A DNA stretch of 64,000 nt. Source: Thermoplasmata archaeon (GTDB taxonomy: Archaea; Thermoplasmatota; Thermoplasmata; GCA-020350865). Position numbers and translations under genes: made by a program. Shown one piece after another: positions 26,850 to 35,699 of this stretch (position 1 is the stretch's first letter; every line of letters begins with the position of its first letter). The notes under the pieces were generated by a model that was not told where the DNA came from, ran no database searches, and saw only the letters and a program-made list of their open reading frames with translations. Location of the stretch: NCBI GenBank assembly GCA_020348445.1, contig CP070751.1:4217086-4281085 (forward strand), in the 5' to 3' direction.

Positions 26850-29111
26850 CTATGATGCTGCTCTCTCTCCACTTCTTAAAAACTTATCAATCGCTTTTGC
26901 AGCCTTCCTTGCACCTGCAACGGCCTCGATTACGGTCTGAGGCCCTGTGACATCATCACCTGCGGCATAGATTCCTTTTACCTTGGTCTCGCCTGTTTTC
27001 TCCTTGGCATCGATTGTGTTCCACTTGGTGATATCAACAGTTCCCTCTGGAACCCAGGAAAGATCAGGTGCCTGGGAAATCGCAGGTATAACGTTATCTA
27101 CCTTTATTCGATACTCAGAACCCTCAATGGGAACGGGTCTTCTTCTTCCGCTGGCATCAGGCTCACCAAGTTTCATCTTGATGATCTCCATGCCTACAAC
27201 TTTTCCATCCTGGCCAATTATCCTGGTGGGATTCCGAAGCAGGTGGTATTCCACACCCTCCTCCTTGCTCTCCTCAACCTCAAGAGGATCTGCGGGCATC
27301 TGCTCCTCTGCTCTTCGATACACCAGCAATACCTTCTTCGCACCCAGGCGAAGGGAGGTTCTCACAGCATCCATTGCAACATTTCCACCACCAATTACAG
27401 CCACTTTCTCCCCCAACTTAACCTCTTTACCAAGATTCACATCACGCAAGAAGTCAGTTGCAGGGATAACTCCTTCTAGATCCTCTCCCTCCAATCTCAT
27501 GGCTTTTGGAACATGGGCTCCAACACCCACGAAAATGGCATCGTAGCCTTCATCAAATAAATGTTTGAAGTTGAAATCAGGCCCGATTCTACGGTCGGTC
27601 TCCAACTTTGCTCCCAAGGATTTTATGTTCTCGATTTCTTGAGCTAACACCTTATCAGGCAGGCGGTACTCGGGAATACCCACGGCAAGCATTCCACCTC
27701 CTTTGGAGAGTGCCTCGAACATGGTTACATCATGTCCCATCTTGGTGAGCTCCCAAGCTACAGTCAATCCTGCAGGGCCTGCTCCGATTACTGCTACACG
27801 CTTTCCCGTCTTCCTTTCAGCCTTGATCTTGGGGAACTTACCGTGGTCTGCAGCATATCTCTTTAAAGTAGGTATGGCTATTGGATCACCATTTTTACCT
27901 CTTACGCAAACATTCTTGCAGAAGGCAGGACACACCCTCCCGCATGTGAGAGGTAGGGGATTTGTATCCAGTATGATTTCAAGTGATTTAGAAGGATCGC
28001 CCTCTGTTATAGCCTTAACATAACCTGGTACATCCTGGGATGCAGGGCAGGCATCCATGCATGGATGATCTTCGCATTGGAGGCATCTATTGGCTTCTTT
28101 AAGGGCTAACTCAGGTGTATAGCCCATGTTCACCTCTTCGAAGTTCGTTATCCTTGTAACAGGATCCTTTATTACAGCTGGAACGACTTCTTTTTCATTA
28201 TACACAGGGCAGACGTCCACACATTGATAGCATCTGATGCATTCACCGGGTGGTACCTTGTAGTATTTTAGGTTCTTGCTTATTTTTTCCTGAAGCTCCT
28301 TGGGCAGCTCCTCGAAATTCTCTCTTGAGAGGTTGGTTATACCCTCATCGTCTAGAGCCTTACTTACCTCGGAATCATTTAAAAGCTCGAATCTGGTTTC
28401 TGTAACGATATCAATTCCCATGGGACAGATATCATCGCATTTATGGCATTCCACGCATCGGTCCGAAGGCAGCTGCACCCTATTTAGACTGATTCTGTCC
28501 AGGATTGCTATGGATGCACCCAGGGGGCAAAGATATTTACAAAATCCTCTTGGCTCGTAGTATACTGCCATCAGTGCGATGGCCAGGAAAAACACGATAG
28601 GAAACACCAAAAGCCATGCAAATTCGTACGCAAAGGGTCCTGTGGCTCTGTAAAAACCCCCGATTGGACATACATCACACCAGGCATATCTACCCATTAC
28701 AAAGGCAGATAAAAAGAATCCAAGAAGAACACCGTACTTGATGTTAGTGTCCTGCAGAACCTCTGGTAATTCTCTCTTATCTTTTTTCAGTTTTCCAAAA
28801 AAGGTGAGCATGGTTCCATAGGGGCATATCCAGCTGCAAAACGCCCTGCCAAAAATGACGGTAAATATGATCAGACCTGCAACTGTAACTGTTATCAGAA
28901 TCAAATTGATATTAGAGCCAAAACTGGATCCTTCATTTAATTCCAATATCTCCCCAAACAGAATTCCAATTCTTTGGATATAAAAGAAAGGATCGATGAT
29001 GCAGACGGTTCCGTAAATGAAGAAGGCAAGAAAACCGAGAGGCAGCCCTATTAATACAATAAAGAATATGGCCCACCTGACGATGGTTCTTGATGTCTGC
29101 CTATCCAGCAT
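26850..29111 (-). CDS. Fusion: NapH/MauN-like membrane polyferredoxin plus GltD/SudA/NfnB-type NAD(P)H-dependent FAD/Fe-S oxidoreductase
   Basis: TM helices with GRAFCSWICPYG, AWCDVCPIG and GFCKYLCPLG; CVECHKCDDICP and CIRCYQCVDVCP; then EANRCLQC...CGRVCP..CKNVC, GAGPAG, VIGGGNVAMD, YRR, AAGD. Confidence 0.9.
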   Translation of the reverse strand: MLDRQTSRTIVRWAIFFIVLIGLPLGFLAFFIYGTVCIIDPFFYIQRIGILFGEILELNEGSSFGSNINLILITVTVAGLIIFTVIFGRAFCSWICPYGTMLTFFGKLKKDKRELPEVLQDTNIKYGVLLGFFLSAFVMGRYAWCDVCPIGGFYRATGPFAYEFAWLLVFPIVFFLAIALMAVYYEPRGFCKYLCPLGASIAILDRISLNRVQLPSDRCVECHKCDDICPMGIDIVTETRFELLNDSEVSKALDDEGITNLSRENFEELPKELQEKISKNLKYYKVPPGECIRCYQCVDVCPVYNEKEVVPAVIKDPVTRITNFEEVNMGYTPELALKEANRCLQCEDHPCMDACPASQDVPGYVKAITEGDPSKSLEIILDTNPLPLTCGRVCPAFCKNVCVRGKNGDPIAIPTLKRYAADHGKFPKIKAERKTGKRVAVIGAGPAGLTVAWELTKMGHDVTMFEALSKGGGMLAVGIPEYRLPDKVLAQEIENIKSLGAKLETDRRIGPDFNFKHLFDEGYDAIFVGVGAHVPKAMRLEGEDLEGVIPATDFLRDVNLGKEVKLGEKVAVIGGGNVAMDAVRTSLRLGAKKVLLVYRRAEEQMPADPLEVEESKEEGVEYHLLRNPTRIIGQDGKVVGMEIIKMKLGEPDASGRRRPVPIEGSEYRIKVDNVIPAISQAPDLSWVPEGTVDITKWNTIDAKEKTGETKVKGIYAAGDDVTGPQTVIEAVAGARKAAKAIDKFLRSGERAAS

Positions 29112-29137
29112 TTGTTCGCCTCTAAATATTCATTATA

Positions 29138-29302
29138 TTATCCTAATACATGCATAATCAAACCCACAACCACTCCACCAATCAAACCACCAACTATTGG
29201 TTCGGCATCGAAATTTCCAGATGCAGCCCACATTGCCATCCACAGCATAATGGCACACACGACACCGGATCCAATCATCACAGCCATTACCTTTCCCTTC
29301 AT
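29138..29302 (-). CDS. 54-aa two-TM microprotein (absent from ORF track)
   Basis: MKGKVMAVMIGSGVVCAIMLWMAMWAASGNFDAEPIVGGLIGGVVVGLIMHVLG*; GGGTGA RBS; fills the operon gap. Confidence 0.8.
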   Translation of the reverse strand: MKGKVMAVMIGSGVVCAIMLWMAMWAASGNFDAEPIVGGLIGGVVVGLIMHVLG

Positions 29303-29312
29303 TTGTATCACC

Positions 29313-29465
29313 CTACAACAACCACATCAGAAATCCAACCACAGCTCCACCTGTGATACCACCCAATTCCCAGGGTTTTCTGTCAAGAGCTACGTTTATC
29401 ATCATACCGCAGAGGATTCCCGCGACAATCATTACACCCAATAATATGATCCTTTCATTTGCCAT
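29313..29465 (-). CDS. 50-aa two-TM microprotein (absent from ORF track)
   Basis: MANERIILLGVMIVAGILCGMMINVALDRKPWELGGITGGAVVGFLMWLL*; GGAGG RBS just after the upstream stop. Confidence 0.8.
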   Translation of the reverse strand: MANERIILLGVMIVAGILCGMMINVALDRKPWELGGITGGAVVGFLMWLL

Positions 29466-29480
29466 TTTATGCCTCCATCA

Positions 29481-31067
29481 TCATATCATCGTAGCTCCAA
29501 CCACGAACGCGATCACCAATCCAGTGACACCTGTTGCAAACAGTATCCCGCACTGCTGAGATTTTCCAGAAGAACCGATCTCAACACCCATGTTTCCTTC
29601 ACCAATACCCCCTATTCCACCCAAGGGTGAGGGGCCGCACGAGGCTGCCGCGTTCACTATAAAGGCCCCAAGAACCACGGGTAAAACGATTTGATTTCCT
29701 GTTATCTCAACCAAAGCCTCGCCATAAACATATACACCCGGAACCAGGGCTGCAGCAAGTATTCTACCGCAGGGCATGGGCATTATAGTGGGGATATTCA
29801 CCAGAATTATGGCAACACCAAGGTAACCTAGTATAGCAAATCCGGCGATCTCGAATTCTGCAAGCCCTCTAAGAAGTATGAGAAGAACGTCGAATCCCCC
29901 TGCCAGACCCATGGCCCCAGCCACAAGAAAACCTGCAGTCATGGCCATAATCGGATGCAGAATCACACCTGCCATCAGATCCTGTATTTTGGCTCTCCCA
30001 ATGAGCATGATCACCATGGCCAGAACAACTAAAATCGTTTGAATAGGTATCACTGGTTGTAGAATAAGGGTAAGGGCCAATACTATCATGAAGAGGCCAA
30101 GTGATATGTATCCGTTTTTAAGATGTGTGTCCATCCTGGACATCCGTTTGAATAGTGATTCTTTTTCCTTTGGACTTTCAGGGGTGAGAGGCTCAGGTAT
30201 GGGCTCGTCGTCAGGGGGCGGTGGTTCCTCTTCATCATCAGGAGGTGGTGGAAGTCCCTCCTCTTCTTCCTCTTTTACCTTTACAGTCAACTCCTCCCCA
30301 CCATCATTTGCCACCTCTATTTCCTCGTCTTTCTTCTTTATTTCCTCCTTCTTCATATCAGCAGGAAAAAGCGGGGTGACGAATTTCATGACAAGAGCAC
30401 AAACACCTGTGCAGATGATTATCCCAGTCTGCTGGGGATCTGAGAGAGAGGCCAAAGGCAGTTTTGCCAGACCTTCGCCTAAAAGACCAATTCCTCCCAA
30501 CGGTGATGGACCGCACGATGCTGCGGCATTGACAATGAATGCAAAAACGATGACTCCCACCATTCTTGGATCGCCAAGACGTCTTGCCACCTTGTATCCT
30601 AGTCCCAAAGCTGCTGGCATCAGAGCCGCTGCCAAAATCCTACCGCATGGCATTGCTATAATGGTTGGCATGTTAATAAGGAGTGTGACAGTGCCAGTTA
30701 TGCCAAAAACTGCCACTCCTTTTACCTTCAATTGCTCAAGACGTGTTAGTGCATCGGCTGCTGCATCGAAAGCACCCGCAACCTCCAGGGCACCGGCAGC
30801 CAAAAAACCCGCAGCAAGGGCGGTTATGGGATGTATAATTATCATGCCAATGAGGTCAATGAAACCGATTTGGCTTATGGATGGATCCAAGATATTGCCT
30901 ATGAATGCGAGGATGGCTATGACGAATGCAGTTAGAACCAAGGCAGATTGTATGGGCAGTCTATCTTGAGGTATAAATCCCAATAAGGATGCTACTATCA
31001 CAACAAAGAATAGTATCAGGGCGATAAGCCCTATTATGAACCAAAGCTCCATTCCTAATACTACCAT
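29481..31067 (-). CDS. Internally duplicated multi-TM transporter-like protein (IT/CitM-like) with conserved Cys motifs
   Basis: Two copies of IIHPIxA..AGFL.AGA, N(M/I)PTI..MPCGRILAAAL.P and FIVNAAASCGPSPLGGIG..GEG, joined by an acidic Pro-rich linker. Confidence 0.8.
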   Translation of the reverse strand: MVVLGMELWFIIGLIALILFFVVIVASLLGFIPQDRLPIQSALVLTAFVIAILAFIGNILDPSISQIGFIDLIGMIIIHPITALAAGFLAAGALEVAGAFDAAADALTRLEQLKVKGVAVFGITGTVTLLINMPTIIAMPCGRILAAALMPAALGLGYKVARRLGDPRMVGVIVFAFIVNAAASCGPSPLGGIGLLGEGLAKLPLASLSDPQQTGIIICTGVCALVMKFVTPLFPADMKKEEIKKKDEEIEVANDGGEELTVKVKEEEEEGLPPPPDDEEEPPPPDDEPIPEPLTPESPKEKESLFKRMSRMDTHLKNGYISLGLFMIVLALTLILQPVIPIQTILVVLAMVIMLIGRAKIQDLMAGVILHPIMAMTAGFLVAGAMGLAGGFDVLLILLRGLAEFEIAGFAILGYLGVAIILVNIPTIMPMPCGRILAAALVPGVYVYGEALVEITGNQIVLPVVLGAFIVNAAASCGPSPLGGIGGIGEGNMGVEIGSSGKSQQCGILFATGVTGLVIAFVVGATMI

Positions 31068-31087
31068 ATTTTACACCAAATCGTATC

Positions 31088-31447
31088 CTATGTGTTTTTA
31101 CCTCTAATGTTTGCACAGGCCTGCACAATCAGCCTGTTTCCAACCTTTGTCACACCAATTCGTGAGCCTATGTTTATTTTTTCAATACAAAGGGTGCAAC
31201 AGCTGATTTCAGCGGAAATGATGTCGCCAGAATCTGTTTTCACCTTCACAGGAATGCTGGTGCTACCTTTGCGTTTGCCTCTGCATGAATTGCAGTTTCC
31301 ATCGAAGATGGGCTCGAATTCTATTAAATTCCCTTTAATCTGGGGAAAGAACATCATCTTAAGCTGCATGATAAAGAATATTCCGAGTAAGGCCAAAAGG
31401 CCCATGATAATGAGACTGTCCTCCAACCTCATTCCATCGAAAATCAA
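31088..31447 (-). CDS. Small membrane-anchored Cys-rich protein
   Basis: One N-terminal TM; CNSC, CCTLC and a further Cys; translationally coupled to the upstream gene. Confidence 0.75.
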   Translation of the reverse strand: MIFDGMRLEDSLIIMGLLALLGIFFIMQLKMMFFPQIKGNLIEFEPIFDGNCNSCRGKRKGSTSIPVKVKTDSGDIISAEISCCTLCIEKINIGSRIGVTKVGNRLIVQACANIRGKNT

Positions 31448-32244
31448 AGCTTTGCCACCTCCTGACCAATGTCTTTGAAGAACATTGCGATCATGCTTTG
31501 AGGAGTAATTGCCCTTGCACCTGATTCAGAATCAGTCTTAAGACCTTCATCAATTTGAAGTTCACAAAAGGGACAGGCGGCAATCACAATATCGGCACCT
31601 GTTTCTTCGATACATTCCAGTTTCCTTTTTCTTATTGTGTACGACAGCTCCTTCTGGGATGCCCTAACACCCCCTCCAGCACCGCAGCATCTATCTGAAT
31701 CATCCATCTCGATGTATTCAAGGTTCGGGAAGGCCCCGACAATGGTTTCATGTATCTTTCTTGCATCGATAAGCATGCCGCGATGCATATGACAAGGATA
31801 GTGAGCAGTGACCTTCAAGTTGGGTATAGGTCGCATGAGGTCCTTTTGATAAAGCTCCCCGCTTCTGGCCAAATCGTACAATACCTCTATGAGATGATAG
31901 ACATGGATACTCATCTTTTCTGCTTCTTCAGTCTTGAGCTGGGAGCCGCAGCCTGGGCAGCCTGAGACGATCTGATCCACTCCTGCCTTCTTCACCAGAT
32001 CCAGGTTGTACATCCTGCATTCAATACTCACATCCTCACCGCCGGATCTCATCACTGGAGCACCGCAACATCTTGCATTATCAAGAACCATGTAATCGAA
32101 GCTAAACTTGTCCAAAACAAATCTTGTGGTGTACCTGCTTCCCACCATCCTTCTTGGCATTGTGCATCCTTCATACAATACAAATTTACCCCAATCCTTG
32201 GCTGTTTTGCTGTCAATGACAGGCTTTGTAACCCTGGTAGTCAC
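31444..32244 (-). CDS. CCG-domain (HdrB/GlpC-like) Fe-S protein
   Basis: LYEGC, RCCG, SGCPGC; HYPCH, RCCGAGGG, AACPFC. Confidence 0.88.
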   Translation of the reverse strand: MTTRVTKPVIDSKTAKDWGKFVLYEGCTMPRRMVGSRYTTRFVLDKFSFDYMVLDNARCCGAPVMRSGGEDVSIECRMYNLDLVKKAGVDQIVSGCPGCGSQLKTEEAEKMSIHVYHLIEVLYDLARSGELYQKDLMRPIPNLKVTAHYPCHMHRGMLIDARKIHETIVGAFPNLEYIEMDDSDRCCGAGGGVRASQKELSYTIRKRKLECIEETGADIVIAACPFCELQIDEGLKTDSESGARAITPQSMIAMFFKDIGQEVAKL

Positions 32245-32783
32245 TTGTTCTCCTCTCCCTCTCCTATCTTAAAGTCGTCGTACTTTGTGATCTTTGCAAA
32301 GCCCTTTAGGAATTTGGTGATGGTCTCCTTTTGTTCTTTAATATCTGGAAGCAAAACAGGTTCCTTGTCAAATACATTTCCGTAATTTGAAGCCATTTTA
32401 ATAATATGTTTATGGGGGCCCATTTGGCCCATTCCCTCCTTAGCAAGGGATGCCCTGAATTTGTCCATATCATGTTTTACATTAAGTCCTCTGGGGCAGG
32501 CCTCTACACAGCTCATGCATGACGTGCAGGAAAACAACCCCCCTTCCTCAGCCCTCTCCTTGGTGCCCGATCTCGATGTTACCTCTATGCCAAGTGGGCC
32601 CATGTACCTGTCAGGTTGTGCGGCTCTAACAGGACACACTGCAACACATTGCTGGCACTGCATACATAAAACTGTTCCTTCATGGCCCCTAATACTCGCG
32701 TATAACATGATGAGAAACGGCACCGATGCCAAGATCATTGCCACGGCAGCAAAGAGATTCCATTGATCCCAGATTCCCAACAT
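32241..32783 (-). CDS. Membrane-anchored HdrC-like 2x[4Fe-4S] protein
   Basis: N-terminal TM; CMQCQQCVAVCP; LFSCTSCMSCVEACPRGL. Confidence 0.88.
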   Translation of the reverse strand: MLGIWDQWNLFAAVAMILASVPFLIMLYASIRGHEGTVLCMQCQQCVAVCPVRAAQPDRYMGPLGIEVTSRSGTKERAEEGGLFSCTSCMSCVEACPRGLNVKHDMDKFRASLAKEGMGQMGPHKHIIKMASNYGNVFDKEPVLLPDIKEQKETITKFLKGFAKITKYDDFKIGEGEENK

Positions 32784-32787
32784 GCGT

Positions 32788-33237
32788 TCACCTGTTCTGT
32801 CCTATTATATCCCTTTCATTTCTAAGTGTTGGCCCGTTCCACAACTTTGTTCTCTCGGTTCCAGGGGTCCCACCCAGGGGTTCATAGGCCTCACCCAAGG
32901 CATCTGTGGGACAGTTTGCGAGACATACACCACAAATTTCATAGCTTGGGCATTTTTGTCTCGTTTCCTTGGTCAATGTTGGATAGAAGATCTCCTTGGA
33001 TTTTATTGCCTTGAAGGGGCAGACGCTGGCACATATTCCGCATCGTGCACAGAGACCTACGAAAGCATTGCTGTCGATTTTATCTACCTCTTGTTGGGTA
33101 AGGGATCCAGCCCCTGGGATGTACCGCTTTTCAGCCTTGACCCTATTTACCCCGCTGTTCTGCAATCCTAGGGATACCAAAAGCGAGGCCCCGGCAACTC
33201 CAAGGACCTTCATAAATGACCTTCTATTCATTGCCAT
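32788..33237 (-). CDS. Tat-signal ferredoxin (MauM/NapG-like)
   Basis: NRRSFMKVLGVAG; CARCGICASVCP; CPSYEICGVCLANCP. Confidence 0.85.
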   Translation of the reverse strand: MAMNRRSFMKVLGVAGASLLVSLGLQNSGVNRVKAEKRYIPGAGSLTQQEVDKIDSNAFVGLCARCGICASVCPFKAIKSKEIFYPTLTKETRQKCPSYEICGVCLANCPTDALGEAYEPLGGTPGTERTKLWNGPTLRNERDIIGQNR

Positions 33238-33249
33238 CTTTTTACACCT

Positions 33250-33810
33250 TTAGGGATTAATCCATTGTATTGTATCATAACCGCACATCTTGAAGCATTT
33301 CTGACATCCTATGCACCCAGTAACTTCCCTGGGGTCACCCCAGTCTCTGTCTAGATCAGAATATTTTGGATCTTTTTTTTGAGGAAATCCAGGCATTTTT
33401 CTATTCTCAGGTGTCTTTCGAAATTTTATTGCATCCACAGGACATACCTCTACGCACGGGCCTCTGCAGAATTGGATATCCTGCTGATTATCCTCGGTGA
33501 TATCCTCGTACTCACCAGTTTCCAGGTTTGGTAGGTGGTATGCGCATGCCCTTCTATTTATGAAGGGAAAACCTCCTGATTTGGCCTCGGATACCGCCCT
33601 ATCAGGATCCCCTGTCTCTGCATCCACCTTTGAATTCCAAATCAATTTTCTTTTGCTATCGATCTCGGTATCTGCCTGAGAATCTATGAGATCAGATTCT
33701 GTGGGTGAGAATATCTCTCCAATGCTCATTCCCATGACACCGGCCACACCCAGTATTCCCAGGTGTTTCATGAATCTTCTTCTGTCCATGGGTGTTGGAA
33801 TCTTTTTCAT
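33250..33810 (-). CDS. Tat-signal ferredoxin-like protein
   Basis: DRRRFMKHLGILGVAG; RRAC, CRGPCVEVCP, CIGCQKCFKMCG. Confidence 0.85.
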   Translation of the reverse strand: MKKIPTPMDRRRFMKHLGILGVAGVMGMSIGEIFSPTESDLIDSQADTEIDSKRKLIWNSKVDAETGDPDRAVSEAKSGGFPFINRRACAYHLPNLETGEYEDITEDNQQDIQFCRGPCVEVCPVDAIKFRKTPENRKMPGFPQKKDPKYSDLDRDWGDPREVTGCIGCQKCFKMCGYDTIQWINP

Positions 33811-33834
33811 TCTATGCTTCTCCTACAATCGATC

Positions 33835-34668
33835 TCATCTATATTTTTCATCGGCCTTAACATCTCTAATGAATTTTGTGACTGGTAGGGCGACAGGGCA
33901 TGCGGGCTCGCATCTAGAACATAATGGATCATAGAATGCAGAGTCTTTAGCGCGCATCTCGTAAATATCGGTTAGTTCTGCCTCCTTGTTCTCATCCTCC
34001 AGCTCCTTAATTTTATCTTTAGCATCATTGATCCGCATGGGATCAAGCCTCTCGAACTCCTTCTTCTCTCCAGAAACTAAAAGCCCTTCCAGTGTTCGTG
34101 AAATATGGTATTTTTCATAACCATCAACAATCAGCCAGTTGTCGGGATCTACCTCAGATACTGTTGCTTGGCTTGAAATCGCCCACCTATTATCTGCAAA
34201 AGCCCTTCGGATTTCATTATTTACAGATCCAACTATTAGATGATCCTCAAATTCTGGTCCAAGGGTAAATAACTCGATGTTCTCCTTCTTTTTAACCTCA
34301 CTGACCACAACCTTCATGTATTCATCTCTTGCTAGAAGACTGTCCAAGGTCATTCTCCTTGCCTCCTCCCTGTTTCCAATGAGCCTGTTGTATCTTTTGA
34401 TGTTGTACTGTGCCAACATTCTTCTATTGGGATTGTTCACCCTGGCAGCAACAAGATAGCCAGAAGGATCGAGCTTCCAGGGGCATGGCGATGCACAGGC
34501 CCTGCATTCGTAGCAGGTTAGAGAATCAGGATGACCAGAGGATATGGACGTTACAGCCAGAGATCCGAGATGGCCGCCCAAGGCGATGAAAGCACCAACG
34601 TTCAAGAGCTTCCATGTGCTTCCCATGAACTCCCGTCTTGTGATCTCAGGATGCCTCTTTTCCTTCAA
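33835..34668 (-). CDS. Tat-signal 4Fe-4S dicluster protein with a long insertion
   Basis: TRREFM plus hydrophobic helix; CYECRACASPCP; DPLCSRCEPACP; TTG start with AGGTGA RBS. Confidence 0.8.
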   Translation of the reverse strand: MKEKRHPEITRREFMGSTWKLLNVGAFIALGGHLGSLAVTSISSGHPDSLTCYECRACASPCPWKLDPSGYLVAARVNNPNRRMLAQYNIKRYNRLIGNREEARRMTLDSLLARDEYMKVVVSEVKKKENIELFTLGPEFEDHLIVGSVNNEIRRAFADNRWAISSQATVSEVDPDNWLIVDGYEKYHISRTLEGLLVSGEKKEFERLDPMRINDAKDKIKELEDENKEAELTDIYEMRAKDSAFYDPLCSRCEPACPVALPVTKFIRDVKADEKYR

Positions 34669-34890
34669 CGTCTCACCTTAACGCCCTGTTTTTCTGGTAC
34701 GATAATAATGATTTTGGATGAGATTAGATGTCGCACCCACATACTTAAGAAACTATATTATGTTTATGGTAAAATCCTCTACTACCCAGGCCCTTTTTAC
34801 TGAATAAAAAATGACGAGAATTCGACATCACAATTAAGGTTTTCGAAGCGCATATTTTTTTTGCTCATCAAACCGATTTTTAAAAGGTAA

Positions 34891-35187
34891 TTACTCCGCC
34901 AATGTGAACAATACATCATCTGAGCCCACGTCAAACAATCCAAATCTAACCCCTGCGTCAAGCCACCCGTGGGCGTAGTTCACGCAGGCAAAGGCATCCA
35001 CATACTCGCCCTTTTCAAAAAAATGCTTTGCATCTGAATGGTAAGACGTGGCCATGTTTAAAAAGTCCTGGGCAATTTTTTTGGCATGGGACCTATCTGG
35101 AGGTGTGATTTTAACCTTCTTTAAGGCCCGTTTTGTCTTGTCAAGATAATCTGTGAGTCTTTCCTTTGTAATAACATCCTTTTGCAT
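34891..35187 (-). CDS. DUF357 family protein
   Basis: FLNMATSYHSDAKHF...DAFACVNYAHGWLDAG. Confidence 0.85.
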   Translation of the reverse strand: MQKDVITKERLTDYLDKTKRALKKVKITPPDRSHAKKIAQDFLNMATSYHSDAKHFFEKGEYVDAFACVNYAHGWLDAGVRFGLFDVGSDDVLFTLAE

Positions 35188-35276
35188 AAAATCCCCTCAT
35201 TTGGAAACGAAACTGAATCGATATATATAATACTAACCTTTACAATATTGACTTTACACTGTGGAGGTAAGATAGC

Positions 35277-35696
35277 ATGAAAAAGAAAGTGGAAAAATCA
35301 AACAAGGAATGGAAAGAGAATCTCACTCCAGAAGAATTCCATATTCTAAGGGAGAAGGGGACAGAGCCTCCTTTTTCGGGAGAACATCTTGATAATAAGA
35401 AAAAAGGTCTCTACCTCTGCGTCGGTTGTCAAAACAAATTATTTTCCTCTGAGACCAAGTTCGATTCTGGATCAGGATGGCCAAGCTTCTCAGAATCAAT
35501 TTCAGATGAAAATATAGAACTAAAAGAAGATAACAGTATGGGAATGCGTAGAATCGAGGTTATGTGCGCAAGGTGCGGAGGGCATTTGGGTCATGTCTTT
35601 GATGACGGCCCTAAGCCAACTGGAAAAAGATTTTGTATTAATTCTGCTGCTTTGCAATTTAAAGTGGATAAAAAAGAATCTGAAAATGAGAAATGA
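35277..35696 (+). CDS. msrB: Peptide-methionine (R)-S-oxide reductase
   Basis: ILREKGTEPPFSG, CVGC, KFDSGSGWPSF, CARCGGHLGHVFDDGP, RFCINS. Confidence 0.97.
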   Translation: MKKKVEKSNKEWKENLTPEEFHILREKGTEPPFSGEHLDNKKKGLYLCVGCQNKLFSSETKFDSGSGWPSFSESISDENIELKEDNSMGMRRIEVMCARCGGHLGHVFDDGPKPTGKRFCINSAALQFKVDKKESENEK

Positions 35697-35699
35697 AGT

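Noticed and set aside
29112-29559. Plus-strand ORFs 29112-29444, 29150-29356 and 29353-29559
   Set aside because: Thr/Pro/His-rich antisense shadows of the two real minus-strand microprotein genes.
30088-30969. 293-aa plus-strand ORF
   Set aside because: Antisense shadow of the transporter gene (Ser/Gly runs mirror its Pro/Glu linker).
26850-34668. Methanogenesis (Hdr), nitrate reduction (Nap) or methylamine oxidation (Mau) pathway call
   Set aside because: No hdrA, mcr, napA or mauAB in the window; only the generic electron-transfer folds are shared.
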